NCBI GenBank assembly: GCA_964619035.1
Contig: CAZUBX010000001.1
Coordinates: forward strand, 13,089 to 77,088
Length of the DNA stretch: 64,000 nt
Direction: 5' to 3'
From: an uncultured Syntrophaceae bacterium
GTDB taxonomy: Bacteria; Desulfobacterota; Syntrophia; Syntrophales; UBA2192
A program made the translations under genes and the position numbers. Under the pieces are notes generated by a model, which was not told the DNA's origin, searched no databases, and was given only the letters and a program-made list of their open reading frames with translations. Positions 27,062 through 36,912 of the stretch are shown piece by piece (the first letter of the stretch is position 1; each line of letters starts with the position of its first letter).

Positions 27062-27138
27062 GGCGGCGTAGCTCAGTCGGTTAGAGCATGCGGCTCATAT
27101 CCGCAGTGTCCGGGGTTCAAGTCCCTGCGCCGCCACCA
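27062..27138 (+). tRNA. tRNA with CAU anticodon (elongator Met, or Ile2 if lysidinylated)
   Basis: Cloverleaf: acceptor GGCGGCG/CGCCGCC, D-arm TAGCTCAGTCGGTTAGAGC, anticodon stem GCGG/CCGC with loop CTCATAT, T-arm CCGGGGTTCAAGTCCCTG (as written), encoded CCA. Confidence 0.9.
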
Positions 27139-27144
27139 GAAACA

Positions 27145-27174
27145 AAAGGCCCGGCCATCTGCCGGGCTTTTTTG
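27145..27174 (+). terminator. Rho-independent terminator after tRNA
   Basis: GCCCGGC-catct-GCCGGGC followed by TTTTTT. Confidence 0.75.
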
Positions 27175-27228
27175 TAGAATACCGTGCACCCCGGCACTTC
27201 GATACGGGTGAGACAGGAAAGGAAAGAC

Positions 27229-27879
27229 ATGCCTTCTGACTCGAAGTTCAGGACAGTCAACACGGTTCTCTTCGATTTTGGGGGAGTCCTTGCCGACGAG
27301 GGGTTTCGGGATGGCCTGGCCGCCATCGGGAGGCTGAGCGGGTTGCCTGAGCCGGACTTCATTCTGAAGGGGCACGAGCTGGTTCTCAGGACAGGTTATG
27401 TCACGGGAAGGACGGGGGAGGGGTACTGGTGGGATACCCTTCGCGGCGAGGCGCATGTGCGCGGAACGGACGAGGCCCTGCGGCTCGAGATCCTCGAGCG
27501 TTTCACCTTGCGCCCAGAGATGCTTGGCCTGGTGGAACAACTCAAGAACCGGGGGCTCACCGTGGGCGTCCTGAGCGACCAGACGAACTGGCTGGACGAA
27601 CTCGACGCCCGGTTCGGCTTTTACGGCAGCTTTGACTACATCTTCAACAGCTTTCACATGGGAAAGAGCAAAAACGACGCTAGCCATTTCGACGACGTCC
27701 TGAGACTGTTGAACCGGAAGGGGCAGGAGGTACTTTTTATCGACGACAATGCCGGTCATGTCGGCCGTGCGGTCGAAAGGGGCTGGAAGGCCATCCTGTT
27801 CAGGGATCTGGACGGCTTCCTGCAGGAACTGTCCGGGCATCTGCCCCCCGAGCTTCCCACTACATCCATCACCCGGTGA
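27229..27879 (+). CDS. HAD-superfamily hydrolase (FDxGGV variant)
   Basis: Motif I VLFDFGGVLADEG, motif II VLSDQTN, motif IV FIDDNAGHV. Confidence 0.75.
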   Translation: MPSDSKFRTVNTVLFDFGGVLADEGFRDGLAAIGRLSGLPEPDFILKGHELVLRTGYVTGRTGEGYWWDTLRGEAHVRGTDEALRLEILERFTLRPEMLGLVEQLKNRGLTVGVLSDQTNWLDELDARFGFYGSFDYIFNSFHMGKSKNDASHFDDVLRLLNRKGQEVLFIDDNAGHVGRAVERGWKAILFRDLDGFLQELSGHLPPELPTTSITR

Positions 27880-27967
27880 GCAGGGAGAAAAATCTGGATT
27901 CCTTTCGTTCGGGCATGGTAGTATTCCCCCACGATTTCAGCAACGATCAACCCATCACAGAGGCATC

Positions 27968-29278
27968 ATGATCCCGAGATATTCGCGCAAGGAAATGGAG
28001 GCCATCTGGAGCCCTCAGAACCGGTTCCAGAAGTGGCTGGACATCGAGATCCTCGCCTGTGAGGCTTTGGCACAAAAGGGGGACATTCCCCGAAAGGCGC
28101 TCAGGACGATCAAGGAGAAGGCGCGTTTCGACGTCGACCGCATCGACGAGATCGAGCGGACCGTCAAGCACGACGTAATCGCTTTCCTCACCAGCGTGTC
28201 TGAATTCGTAGGGCCCGATTCGCGCTTCATTCACATGGGGCTTACGTCCTCGGATATCCTCGACACCTCCCTTGCCCTGCTTTTGAAAGAGGCCGCGGAC
28301 ATCCTCCTGGCCGATATCGACAAGCTGCTGTCCATCCTGAAAAAAAAGGCCTCGCGGTACAAGAAGACCCTGATGATCGGCCGGACCCACGGCATCCATG
28401 CCGAACCGATCACCTTCGGCCTCAAGATGGCCCTGTGGCATCAGGAAATGGTGAGAAATCGCGAGCGGCTCATCCGGGCGCGCGATGCGATCGCCTGCGG
28501 CAAGATATCGGGGGCCGTGGGGACCTTTGCCTTCATCGAACCCTCTGTGGAGGAGTACGTCTGCCGAAAGCTGGGGCTCAAGCCGGAACCGGTGGCCACA
28601 CAGATCGTCCAGCGAGACCGCCATGCCGAGTATTTTTCGGTTCTTGCCCTCATCGCCTCATCCCTGGAAAAGTTCGCCACCGAGATCCGCCACCTCCAGC
28701 GCACCGAGGTGCGCGAGGCCGAGGAATATTTTTCGCCGGGTCAGAAAGGCTCCTCGGCGATGCCGCACAAGCGCAACCCCATCCTGTCCGAAAATATCTC
28801 GGGGCTCGCGCGGCTGATGCGGGGGTATGCCCTGGCAGCCATGGAAAACGTGGCCCTCTGGCACGAGCGGGACATCAGCCACTCCTCCGTCGAGCGGGTC
28901 ATCGGCCCCGACGCGACGATCCTCCTTGACTTCATGCTGAGCCGCTTCACGCGCCTTGTCGACGAACTCGTGGTTTACCCCGAACGCATGCTGGAGAACC
29001 TCAACCTCACACGCGGGGTCATCTTCTCGCAGATGGTTCTCCTGAAGATGGTGGAAAAGGGGATGACGAGAGAGCAGGCCTACGCCGTGGTACAGGATAA
29101 CGCCATGCGAGCCTGGTTGGAGGGGATCGAGTTCAAGGACCTGCTGCTTTCCGACAGGCGGGTGAAGTCTCATCTCGACCCCAGGGAAATCGACGGGGTA
29201 TTCAAGCTGGAAAATTTCCTCGGGAATGTGGACTACATCTTCAAGAGAACCTTCGCAGGGAAGAGGGTGAGAAAGTGA
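27968..29278 (+). CDS. purB: Adenylosuccinate lyase
   Basis: MIPRYSRKEMEAIWSPQNRFQKWLDIEILACEAL...GSSAMPHKRNP is the fumarate-lyase signature. Confidence 0.9.
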   Translation: MIPRYSRKEMEAIWSPQNRFQKWLDIEILACEALAQKGDIPRKALRTIKEKARFDVDRIDEIERTVKHDVIAFLTSVSEFVGPDSRFIHMGLTSSDILDTSLALLLKEAADILLADIDKLLSILKKKASRYKKTLMIGRTHGIHAEPITFGLKMALWHQEMVRNRERLIRARDAIACGKISGAVGTFAFIEPSVEEYVCRKLGLKPEPVATQIVQRDRHAEYFSVLALIASSLEKFATEIRHLQRTEVREAEEYFSPGQKGSSAMPHKRNPILSENISGLARLMRGYALAAMENVALWHERDISHSSVERVIGPDATILLDFMLSRFTRLVDELVVYPERMLENLNLTRGVIFSQMVLLKMVEKGMTREQAYAVVQDNAMRAWLEGIEFKDLLLSDRRVKSHLDPREIDGVFKLENFLGNVDYIFKRTFAGKRVRK

Positions 29279-29367
29279 GAAGGTTGGGGATGCCATGAAT
29301 CTGAGTTAACCCGGTGCTTCTCCGGATTTCTTACCTTCTTACCTTCTCAACCTCTCACCTTCTTCTT
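29266..29367. repeat. Inverted octamer arrays (GGTGAGAA family) around purB/nadB stops
   Basis: Plus-orientation units GGTGAGAA AGTGAGAA GGTTGGGG (29266-29289, covering the purB stop). Inverse-orientation units TTCTTACC TTCTTACC TTCTCAAC CTCTCACC TTCTTCTT (29328-29367, abutting the nadB stop). Confidence 0.8.
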
Positions 29368-30977
29368 CACCGTCTGACAATCGTGTCCCGGTGCCAGTAC
29401 CGGTCGTCCCGATCGGGATAATCCAGGTTGTAGTGAAGCCCGCGACTCTCCTTGCGCATCATGGCGCAGGTGACAATGAGGTTCGCCACGACGGAGATAT
29501 TGCGAAGTTCGAGCAGATCCCGGGTGATCTTGAAGCTCCAGTAGTAATCCTGGATTTCCTGGCTGACGAGCTCCATCCTTTTTTTGGCCCGTTCCAGCCG
29601 TTTGTTGGACCTCACGATCCCCACGTAATTCCACATGCAGCGCCGGATCTCGTCCCAGTTGTGCTCGATGACGATGGATTCGTCGCTCTCCGTGGCCTGT
29701 CCCGACTGCCAGGGGGGAATGGACAGTTCCTCCCCGGTTGCCTCGCTCATGCGCTCCCGGATCCTCTCACACACCCTGTGCGCAAAGACGACGCATTCCA
29801 GAAGGGAGTTGCTGGCCAGGCGGTTGGCCCCGTGTAGGCCCGTACAGGCCACTTCTCCGGCCGCAAAGAGCCGGTCTATGCTGGTCTCGCCGTTGCCGTT
29901 CACCACCACTCCGCCGCAGAGGTAATGGGCGGCAGGTACTACGGGGATGGGCTCTTTGGCCATGTCGATGCCGTAACGGAGGCAGCGGTTGTAGATGGTG
30001 GGGAAGCGATCCATCAGATAACCGCGGTCGCGGTGGCTGATGTCGAGAACCACGCAATCGTCGCCGGATTTCTTCAGTTCAATGTCGATGGCTCTCGCCA
30101 CGACGTCCCTGGGCGCAAGGCTTCCGAGCGGGTGATACTTTTCCATGAAGGGGTCACCGCTCTTGAGTTTCAGGATGCCGCCTTCGCCGCGGACGGCCTC
30201 GCTGATCAGGAAGGATTTGGCCTCGGGGTGGAAGAGGCAGGTGGGGTGAAACTGGATGAATTCCATGTTGGCGATATGCGCCCCGGCCCGCCAGGCCATG
30301 GCGATGCCGTCACCCGTGGCGATGTCGGGGTTAGTCGTGATGAGGTAGACTTTGCCCGCCCCTCCCGTGGCCAGGATCGTGAACCGCGACCTGAACGTAT
30401 AGATCTGGTCGTTCTCGATATCAAAAACGTAGGCGCCCAGGCAACGATCCTGTTCTTCCCGGGGAAGCGATTTGCGGCCCAGAACCTTGGATTCGCGGAT
30501 GAGGTCTATGGCGAGGAAGTTCTCGTAGATCTGGATATTCTCGATGGACTGCACCTTGTCGATGAGGGCCCGCTCGATTTCTTTTCCGGTCGAATCGGCT
30601 GCGTGAAGGACCCTCCGCATGGAATGGCCTCCCTCTTTTCCGAGATCGAAACTCGCCCCCGTCCCGGCCTTCCGGGAGAATTCGACACCCCAATCGATGA
30701 GTTCGGCGATCCGCTCAGGCCCCTCGCTGACGACGAAACGGACCACGTCTTCGCGGCAAAGTCCTGCGCCCGCCTTCAGGGTGTCCCCGATGTGGAGATC
30801 GAAGCTGTCCTCGGCATCCATTACGGCTGCAATGCCGCCCTGGGCATAGTTCGTCGACGACTCCGTGGTATTTTTCTTCGTGATGATGGCCACGGAGCCG
30901 AAGCGGGATGCCTTGATGGCAAAGCTCAGACCGGCGAGGCCGCTTCCGATGACGAGAAAGTCCGTTCTGATCTCCAT
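29367..30977 (-). CDS. nadB: L-aspartate oxidase
   Basis: FAD fold DFLVIGSGLAGLS. Succinate dehydrogenase/fumarate reductase flavoprotein-like core (AQGGIAA...HPTC...RGEGG). An alternative start at 31001 adds 8 aa. Confidence 0.9.
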   Translation of the reverse strand: MEIRTDFLVIGSGLAGLSFAIKASRFGSVAIITKKNTTESSTNYAQGGIAAVMDAEDSFDLHIGDTLKAGAGLCREDVVRFVVSEGPERIAELIDWGVEFSRKAGTGASFDLGKEGGHSMRRVLHAADSTGKEIERALIDKVQSIENIQIYENFLAIDLIRESKVLGRKSLPREEQDRCLGAYVFDIENDQIYTFRSRFTILATGGAGKVYLITTNPDIATGDGIAMAWRAGAHIANMEFIQFHPTCLFHPEAKSFLISEAVRGEGGILKLKSGDPFMEKYHPLGSLAPRDVVARAIDIELKKSGDDCVVLDISHRDRGYLMDRFPTIYNRCLRYGIDMAKEPIPVVPAAHYLCGGVVVNGNGETSIDRLFAAGEVACTGLHGANRLASNSLLECVVFAHRVCERIRERMSEATGEELSIPPWQSGQATESDESIVIEHNWDEIRRCMWNYVGIVRSNKRLERAKKRMELVSQEIQDYYWSFKITRDLLELRNISVVANLIVTCAMMRKESRGLHYNLDYPDRDDRYWHRDTIVRR

Positions 30978-31056
30978 CGTCTTTTCTGCCTTTCGTGCCA
31001 ACTATATACGCGTTTCGGGCTTTAAATAAAAGCGGAAATGTGCTAGACGACTGTCC

Positions 31057-32061
31057 ATGTTGGTACTGGGCATAGAATCCTCCTGCGACGAGACGGCAGC
31101 GGCCGTTTTGCAGGATGGCAATCAATTATTGTCGAACGTCATTGCCTCACAGATCCGGATCCATGAGAAGTACGGCGGTGTCGTCCCCGAGATCGCGTCC
31201 CGCAAGCATGTCGAGGTGATCGTTCCCGTCGTCCTGGAAGCCCTTGAGCGAGCGGGGGTCACCCTCGACGCGATCGAAGGCATTTCCGTCACGAGGGGGC
31301 CGGGCCTTGTGGGCTCCCTGCTCGTCGGCCTCTCCATGGCCAAGGCCCTGGCGCTGGCGCGAAACATTCCCTTCGTAGGGGTCAATCACCTGGAGGGCCA
31401 TGTCGCCTCGGCCTTTCTGGCCGAGGACAAGCCTGCATTTCCCTTTGTCGCCCTCGTCGTCTCCGGCGGCCACACGAACATCTATGTCGTCGAGGATTTC
31501 GGCCGGATGCATCTTGTCGGTCAGACGCGAGACGACGCGGCAGGCGAGGCCTTCGACAAAGCGGCTAAGCTTCTGGACATCGGTTATCCCGGAGGCGTCG
31601 TCATTGACCGCCTGGCAAAAACCGGAAACCCCTCGGCCGTGAGTTTTCCGAGATCCATGAAGGACAGCCTGGAGTTCAGTTTCAGCGGCGTCAAGACGGC
31701 GCTGCTGACCTACACGAAAAAGCTCGGCAGGCCGCTGGCAGAGGGCGAAATCCCGGATGTCGTGGCAAGCTACCAGGAAGCCATCGTGGACGTCCTTGTC
31801 GAGAAGACGCTGCGTGCAGCCGAGATGCACTCCATCGGGCGGGTGGCCGTCGTCGGTGGTGTGGCCGCCAACAGCCGCTTGAGGACACGATTTCGCGAGG
31901 ATGCCGAAAAGAAAGGGATCCAGGTCACCATCCCGCCGCCCGTATTCTGCACGGACAATGCCGCCATGATCGCCGTCGTGGGTCATCATTTCCTCACCCG
32001 CGGCATGAAAGACCCCTTCGATCTGAATGCCCTTTCCCGCTGGCCGATCGACTCGCAATAG
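31057..32061 (+). CDS. tsaD: tRNA N6-adenosine threonylcarbamoyltransferase TsaD
   Basis: MLVLGIESSCDETAAAV...VNHLEGH...SGGHT are Kae1/TsaD hallmark motifs. Confidence 0.9.
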   Translation: MLVLGIESSCDETAAAVLQDGNQLLSNVIASQIRIHEKYGGVVPEIASRKHVEVIVPVVLEALERAGVTLDAIEGISVTRGPGLVGSLLVGLSMAKALALARNIPFVGVNHLEGHVASAFLAEDKPAFPFVALVVSGGHTNIYVVEDFGRMHLVGQTRDDAAGEAFDKAAKLLDIGYPGGVVIDRLAKTGNPSAVSFPRSMKDSLEFSFSGVKTALLTYTKKLGRPLAEGEIPDVVASYQEAIVDVLVEKTLRAAEMHSIGRVAVVGGVAANSRLRTRFREDAEKKGIQVTIPPPVFCTDNAAMIAVVGHHFLTRGMKDPFDLNALSRWPIDSQ

Positions 32062-32167
32062 AAAAAGGCAAGCGGTTGAAGGGCAACGGTGAAAGCTCAA
32101 GAGGAAATGTCCTTGATACCGCAGGCGGCGAAAGCAGGACAGGGGTCATCAGGACCGTCGGACATTC

Positions 32168-32635
32168 ATGACGATAAAGGACAGGATCAACGATTTCTAC
32201 AGCCGGTTCCTGAGCCTGAACGGGAAACCGGAGGAGATCGCCCGTGCCATGGCCCTGGGCGTCTTCATCGGGGTGACACCCACCATCCCGCTCCACACGG
32301 CCGTGGTCATGGTCAGCTGTCTGATCTTTCGTCAGAATATCACGGCGGCTATGTTGGGAGCCACGATCATCTCGAACCCCCTCACGATCCCCTTTCTCTA
32401 CCTGGCCGCATACGAACTCGGCGTCCTCGTGTTGGGCCTGGGCGCAAATCCTTTCGTCCTGGCGGACTACGATGTCCGCTCGATCCTGGAGATCGGCTGG
32501 CACATCCTTTACCCGCTGATGGTGGGGGGCATGATCCTGGCCGTTCTCTTTACCGTTCCAACCTACTTCATCACCCGTCATGTCGTCGTCAAGTTGAGAA
32601 ACCGCAATGCCGAGCCCGCTGAGCCTTCTCCGTAA
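32168..32635 (+). CDS. DUF2062-family membrane protein
   Basis: GKPEEIARAMALGVFIGVTPTIPLHTAVVM...NPLTIPFLY is a typical DUF2062 pattern. Confidence 0.7.
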   Translation: MTIKDRINDFYSRFLSLNGKPEEIARAMALGVFIGVTPTIPLHTAVVMVSCLIFRQNITAAMLGATIISNPLTIPFLYLAAYELGVLVLGLGANPFVLADYDVRSILEIGWHILYPLMVGGMILAVLFTVPTYFITRHVVVKLRNRNAEPAEPSP

Positions 32636-33467
32636 ATACGGGATCCGGCCGCGCAAGCGGCTCGGTCAGTGCTTCCTCTGCGATCCGAACATCCTGGAGA
32701 AGATTGTCCGGATCGCCGGGGTGCGGGAAACGGACACCGTCGTCGAGATCGGTTCAGGCATCGGGGTCCTCACGGCCATGATCGCCCGCATGGCACGCCG
32801 CGTCGTTGCAGTGGAGGTGGATCGCTTCCTCGTGGAGGTCCTCCAAAATGAGCTCGGGGATTTCACGAATGTCGAGATCGTGCAGACCGACGTGCTCCAG
32901 TTCGACTTTTCGTCGGTGTGCCCGGGCGCGGGGCCGGGAGGCCAGAGGGAAAGGATCCAGGTCATCGGGAATGTCCCGTACAACATTTCGAGCCAGATCG
33001 TGCTGAGGCTGCTCGGATACCGCGACTGTCTCGACCGGGTCGTGCTGATGCTCCAGCGAGAGGTGGCCGAAAGGCTTGCGGCCCCCCCCGGCACGAAGGA
33101 TTACGGACCCCTGTCCGTCTATGTTGCCCTCTACACGGAGGCGTCACTGGAGATGAAGGTCCCCGCAGGCTGTTTCCACCCCCGGCCCGACGTGGAGTCC
33201 CGGATCATCCGGCTGGACTTCCGGAAAGAGCCCCTCTGCAGGGTCGACGACGTCGCTTTTTTCCAGCGCCTCGTGCGAACCTCCTTCTCGAAGCGACGAA
33301 AGACCCTCCTGAACAATCTCAAGACCTCACAACTTCCCGTCACGGGGGACCAGATCAGCGTCGCCCTGTCCGCCCTCGGCATCGACGGGGTCCGACGTGC
33401 CGAGACGCTGTCCGTCCACGAGTTTGCCGCCCTTAGCAATTTTCTCGGCAAGGCACAAAACCCTTGA
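32607..33467 (+). CDS. rsmA: 16S rRNA (adenine1518/1519-N6)-dimethyltransferase
   Basis: RKRLGQCFL, SAM motif VVEIGSGIGVLT and GNVPYNISS. Confidence 0.9.
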   Translation: MPSPLSLLRKYGIRPRKRLGQCFLCDPNILEKIVRIAGVRETDTVVEIGSGIGVLTAMIARMARRVVAVEVDRFLVEVLQNELGDFTNVEIVQTDVLQFDFSSVCPGAGPGGQRERIQVIGNVPYNISSQIVLRLLGYRDCLDRVVLMLQREVAERLAAPPGTKDYGPLSVYVALYTEASLEMKVPAGCFHPRPDVESRIIRLDFRKEPLCRVDDVAFFQRLVRTSFSKRRKTLLNNLKTSQLPVTGDQISVALSALGIDGVRRAETLSVHEFAALSNFLGKAQNP

Positions 33468-33492
33468 CAGCCCATAGGCCTTCTGTTATTAG
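33464..33492 (+). promoter_or_regulatory. Sigma70-type promoter preceding a structured panC leader
   Basis: TTGACA (33464-33469, overlapping the rsmA stop), 17 nt, TATTAG (33487-33492). Confidence 0.4.
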
Positions 33493-33617
33493 GGGGCCGA
33501 ACCGCTTGGATCCCCTTTTGCGGGACTGGGACGGAGGCTAAAGTTCTAGAAGTGTTCTGCTTTTAACGGCCTCCCGTCCTGTGCGGTGAGGCTTTTTGCA
33601 TTTTGGGGGCAGATGCC

Positions 33618-34475
33618 ATGATTGTCATCGAAAAAGCGAAGGAAATGCAGCGGTTTTCAGAATCCCTGAGGAACCAGGGCAAGAAGGTCGCCTTCGTCCC
33701 TACGATGGGTTATCTCCACCGGGGCCACCTCCTTCTCATGGAAGAAGGCCGCAAGCTCGGAGATTGCCTCGTAACGAGCATCTATGTCAACCCGACCCAG
33801 TTCGGGCCGACGGAGGACTTGGCCAAGTACCCCCGGGATTTCGACATGGATTACAAGAACTGCGAAGGCGTTGGCGTGGACGCCATCTACTTTCCGTCCA
33901 ACGAGGAGATGTACCCGCCGCATTACCAGACCTACGTGGATCTGCAGGAGGTAACGCAAAACCTCTGCGGTCTCTCCAGACCCGGCCACTTCCGCGGCGT
34001 GGCCACCGTTTGCGCGAAGCTCTTCAACCTGGTGAAGCCCCACGTGGCCATCTTCGGCAAGAAGGACTTCCAGCAGCTCGTCGTCATCAAGCGGATGGTC
34101 ACCGACCTGAACATGGACCTGGAGATCGTCGGCCTGGACACGGTCCGGGAAGGCGACGGGCTCGCCATGAGCTCCCGGAACATCTACCTGAAGCCCGAGG
34201 AGCGGGATTCGGCCCTGAGCCTCAGCCGGGGCCTGAAGATGGCCAAAGGGATGTACGACAAAGGCGAGAGGGATGCGACGGCGATCATCGACGCCGTCAG
34301 CCGCTTCATCAGCGGGCATCCCCACGCGAAGATCGATTACGTGAAAATCTGCGACACGACGACGATGAAGGACGCGGCCAGGCTCGACGGGGAGTCTGTC
34401 ATGGCGCTGGCCGTCCGTGTCGGTGTTGCCAGGCTCATCGATAACTACGTCTTCGGGGAGACGTTGAATCTTTAA
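33618..34475 (+). CDS. panC: Pantoate-beta-alanine ligase
   Basis: FVPTMGYLHRGHLLLM (HIGH-type motif), QFGPTEDL, AMSSRN. Confidence 0.9.
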   Translation: MIVIEKAKEMQRFSESLRNQGKKVAFVPTMGYLHRGHLLLMEEGRKLGDCLVTSIYVNPTQFGPTEDLAKYPRDFDMDYKNCEGVGVDAIYFPSNEEMYPPHYQTYVDLQEVTQNLCGLSRPGHFRGVATVCAKLFNLVKPHVAIFGKKDFQQLVVIKRMVTDLNMDLEIVGLDTVREGDGLAMSSRNIYLKPEERDSALSLSRGLKMAKGMYDKGERDATAIIDAVSRFISGHPHAKIDYVKICDTTTMKDAARLDGESVMALAVRVGVARLIDNYVFGETLNL

Positions 34476-34521
34476 CATGGCCGTGTGAAGGGAATACGGG
34501 AAAAGACAGGGGGAAACAGCC

Positions 34522-34872
34522 ATGCAGCGCATCATGCTCAAATCCAAGATCCACCGCGCGACGGTGACGGATGCCAACCTGAACTACGAGGGAAGCATCA
34601 CCATCGACGAGGGCCTCATGAAATCGGCCGATCTCGTTCCCTTTGAAAAGGTTGCGATCTACAACGTGTCAAACGGCGAGCGCTTTTCGACGTACGCGAT
34701 CAAGGGCAAAAAGGGCTCCGGCGTCATCTGTCTCAACGGCGCGGCGGCCCGGAAAGTCTCGAAGGGCGATCTCATCATCATTGCGAGCTACGTCATGGTG
34801 GGCGATGCCGAGTCGAAAAAGTGGGCCCCGAAGTGCGTCCACGTGGACGGAAAGAACAAAAAGAAAAAATAG
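34522..34872 (+). CDS. panD: Aspartate 1-decarboxylase (pyruvoyl)
   Basis: [25 protein letters not shown] contains the G-S self-cleavage site. Confidence 0.9.
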   Translation: MQRIMLKSKIHRATVTDANLNYEGSITIDEGLMKSADLVPFEKVAIYNVSNGERFSTYAIKGKKGSGVICLNGAAARKVSKGDLIIIASYVMVGDAESKKWAPKCVHVDGKNKKKK

Positions 34873-34899
34873 CGTCGGGAGAGATTCCGCCGCGGATCC

Positions 34900-34932
34900 G
34901 GGCAAAGTGTGACGAACCTTTGCCCTTTTTTA
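34900..34932 (+). terminator. Rho-independent terminator after panD
   Basis: GGGCAAAG-10 nt-CTTTGCCC followed by TTTTTT. Confidence 0.75.
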
Positions 34933-34950
34933 TTAGAGGGCTCCCATCCC

Positions 34951-35592
34951 GTGAAGCCGAAACTTAAAAACGTCTTTCTCGCCGGACTCGCCGTTACGGT
35001 GCCCGTCGGACTGACGATCTACATCCTGATCTTCCTGATCGACCTCATGGATGGCCTGCTACGGGTCATCCCGGCAGCGATCCATCCCGAGACGCTCCTG
35101 GGGTTTCGCATCCCCGGGCTGGGCGTCATCGCAACACTCGTCCTGATCTTCATCGCCGGCCTGCTCGCAACGAGCTACGTGGGCGGGAAGCTCTTCCGTC
35201 TGGCCGAGTCACTCGTTGACCGGATTCCGCTGGTCCGCGGGATCTACCAGGCCATCAAACAGATCGTTCAGACCATGGTGAGCAAGGAAGGGCAGAGCTT
35301 CAAGAAGGTTGTCCTCGTCGAGTTTCCCCGGGAGGGCCTCTACACGGTCGCCTTCGTGACGGGAACCACAACCGGCGAGCTGCGGGAAAAGACCGGCGGA
35401 CGCTGTATCAACCTCTTCATCCCCACCACCCCGAACCCCACGTCGGGGTACTACATCATAGTCCCGGAAGACAGCGTCACCAGCCTGGAGATGTCCGTCG
35501 AGGAGGCCTTCAAGCTCATCATCTCGGGCGGCATGATTGCGCCGACGGAAAACAATAAGCAGTTGAGAAACAAATCAAACTCTGTTAAATAG
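34951..35592 (+). CDS. DUF502-family membrane protein
   Basis: The GTG at 34951 is chosen because the 34909 start lies inside the terminator hairpin. GLGVIATLVLIFIAGLLATSYVGGKLF...IPLVRGIYQAIKQI is typical DUF502. Confidence 0.7.
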   Translation: MKPKLKNVFLAGLAVTVPVGLTIYILIFLIDLMDGLLRVIPAAIHPETLLGFRIPGLGVIATLVLIFIAGLLATSYVGGKLFRLAESLVDRIPLVRGIYQAIKQIVQTMVSKEGQSFKKVVLVEFPREGLYTVAFVTGTTTGELREKTGGRCINLFIPTTPNPTSGYYIIVPEDSVTSLEMSVEEAFKLIISGGMIAPTENNKQLRNKSNSVK

Positions 35593-35660
35593 ATACGTTT
35601 TTTATTGAAAACAGAGCCGGCAGAAAAGCCGAACAAAACCCCATCAATCATGGAGGGTAC

Positions 35661-36842
35661 ATGCAGATCACATCGGAAAGCATCAAGGTCGGTCACCCGG
35701 ATATCGTTGCCGACGCCATCGCCGCCAATATCATCGCCGCCATTCTCGACGAGGAGAAGAAACTCGGCCTGACCGTATACAACATGCCGCATTGCGGGAT
35801 CGAGGTTTTTCTCGGCAAGGGATTCTGCGTGGTCGGGGGAGAAGTGGCAACCCGTGCCTACGTGGACGTGGAAAAGATCGTCCGGGACACGGTCCTCGGG
35901 ATCGGCTACAACGACTTCTGTCTCGGCCTCGACGGAGGCTCCATGGGCGTGCTCAACGCCATCATTCCGCAGTCTCCGGACATCAACATCGGCACGAGGG
36001 CCCATCTCGGGAAGCACAAAGAGATCGGAGCGGGTGACCAGGGGATCATGTACGGGTATGCCTGCTCGGACACCCCCGAGCTGCTGCCGCTGCCCTACGT
36101 TCTGTGCAATCGCATGATGCGCGTCTTCGAGGATACGAAACACCCCTACTTTGCGCCGGACGGCAAGGGCCAAGTCAGCGTCGAGTACGACGAAAAGACC
36201 GGCCGGCCGCTGCGGGTGGTCAAAGTCCTCATGTCCAACGCCGTCGACTACCGGCACGTCGGCAAAGGGAAGAAGAAAGACGTCGAGACGGTTGCGAGGA
36301 AAATGTGTTTTGACGTTCTCGGCGACTGGGTCGACAAGAAGACGGAGTTCCTCTTCAACCCCACGGGCGAGTGGCAGGCCATCCATTCCTGCAGCGCCGC
36401 CGATTCCGGTGTCACGGGACGCAAGCTCGTTGTCCAGTTCTACGGCGGTTTCCCGGGCGCCCAGCTCGGGGGCGGGTCCGTCATGAACAAATCCCCCGAG
36501 AAAGTCGACTGCTCCGCCGCCTTCGGCGCGCGCTACGCGGCCAAAAACGTCGTCGCCTCGGGGCTGGCCGAGAAGTGTTCGATCCAGCTCTCCTACGCCA
36601 TCGGCGTGGCGCGGCCCTTCTCGATTTATGTCAACACGTTCGGCACGGGAAAACTGTCGGATCGCAAGCTCGAACAGATCATCACGAAGGTTTTCGACTT
36701 CACCCCGGCCGGCATGATCAAGCAGTTCAGCCTGCTGGACGGAAACGTATACCGCAAGCTCCCGAGGACCTTTTTCATGGACAAATTCGCCTGGGAGAAA
36801 ACGGACAAGGTCAAAGAGCTCCGGCAGCTCATCAAGGCCTGA
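35661..36842 (+). CDS. metK: S-adenosylmethionine synthetase (divergent MetK)
   Basis: [27 protein letters not shown] and [16 protein letters not shown] match MetK signature blocks. The N-terminus is shorter than in enterobacterial MetK. Confidence 0.85.
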   Translation: MQITSESIKVGHPDIVADAIAANIIAAILDEEKKLGLTVYNMPHCGIEVFLGKGFCVVGGEVATRAYVDVEKIVRDTVLGIGYNDFCLGLDGGSMGVLNAIIPQSPDINIGTRAHLGKHKEIGAGDQGIMYGYACSDTPELLPLPYVLCNRMMRVFEDTKHPYFAPDGKGQVSVEYDEKTGRPLRVVKVLMSNAVDYRHVGKGKKKDVETVARKMCFDVLGDWVDKKTEFLFNPTGEWQAIHSCSAADSGVTGRKLVVQFYGGFPGAQLGGGSVMNKSPEKVDCSAAFGARYAAKNVVASGLAEKCSIQLSYAIGVARPFSIYVNTFGTGKLSDRKLEQIITKVFDFTPAGMIKQFSLLDGNVYRKLPRTFFMDKFAWEKTDKVKELRQLIKA

Positions 36843-36912
36843 CGGGAGGACCCGGTCACCGAAAGACAAGCCGGGCGCCGAGGTAAGCACCGTTAAACGT
36901 GAAAGGAAACAC

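Noticed and set aside
27139-27968. Genomic island or integration site next to the tRNA genes (27062 and 43746).
   Set aside because: There is no integrase, no direct repeat of a tRNA 3' end and no compositional break. The flanking genes are housekeeping (HAD, purB; speB/pdaD, M48).
34909-34950. Longer start (34909) for the DUF502 gene.
   Set aside because: That start codon lies inside the panD terminator hairpin (34900-34932). The GTG at 34951 begins the conserved region.
35593-35660. Possible SAM riboswitch upstream of metK.
   Set aside because: Only about 68 nt is available and no SAM-I/II-like conserved core or multi-stem structure is seen.
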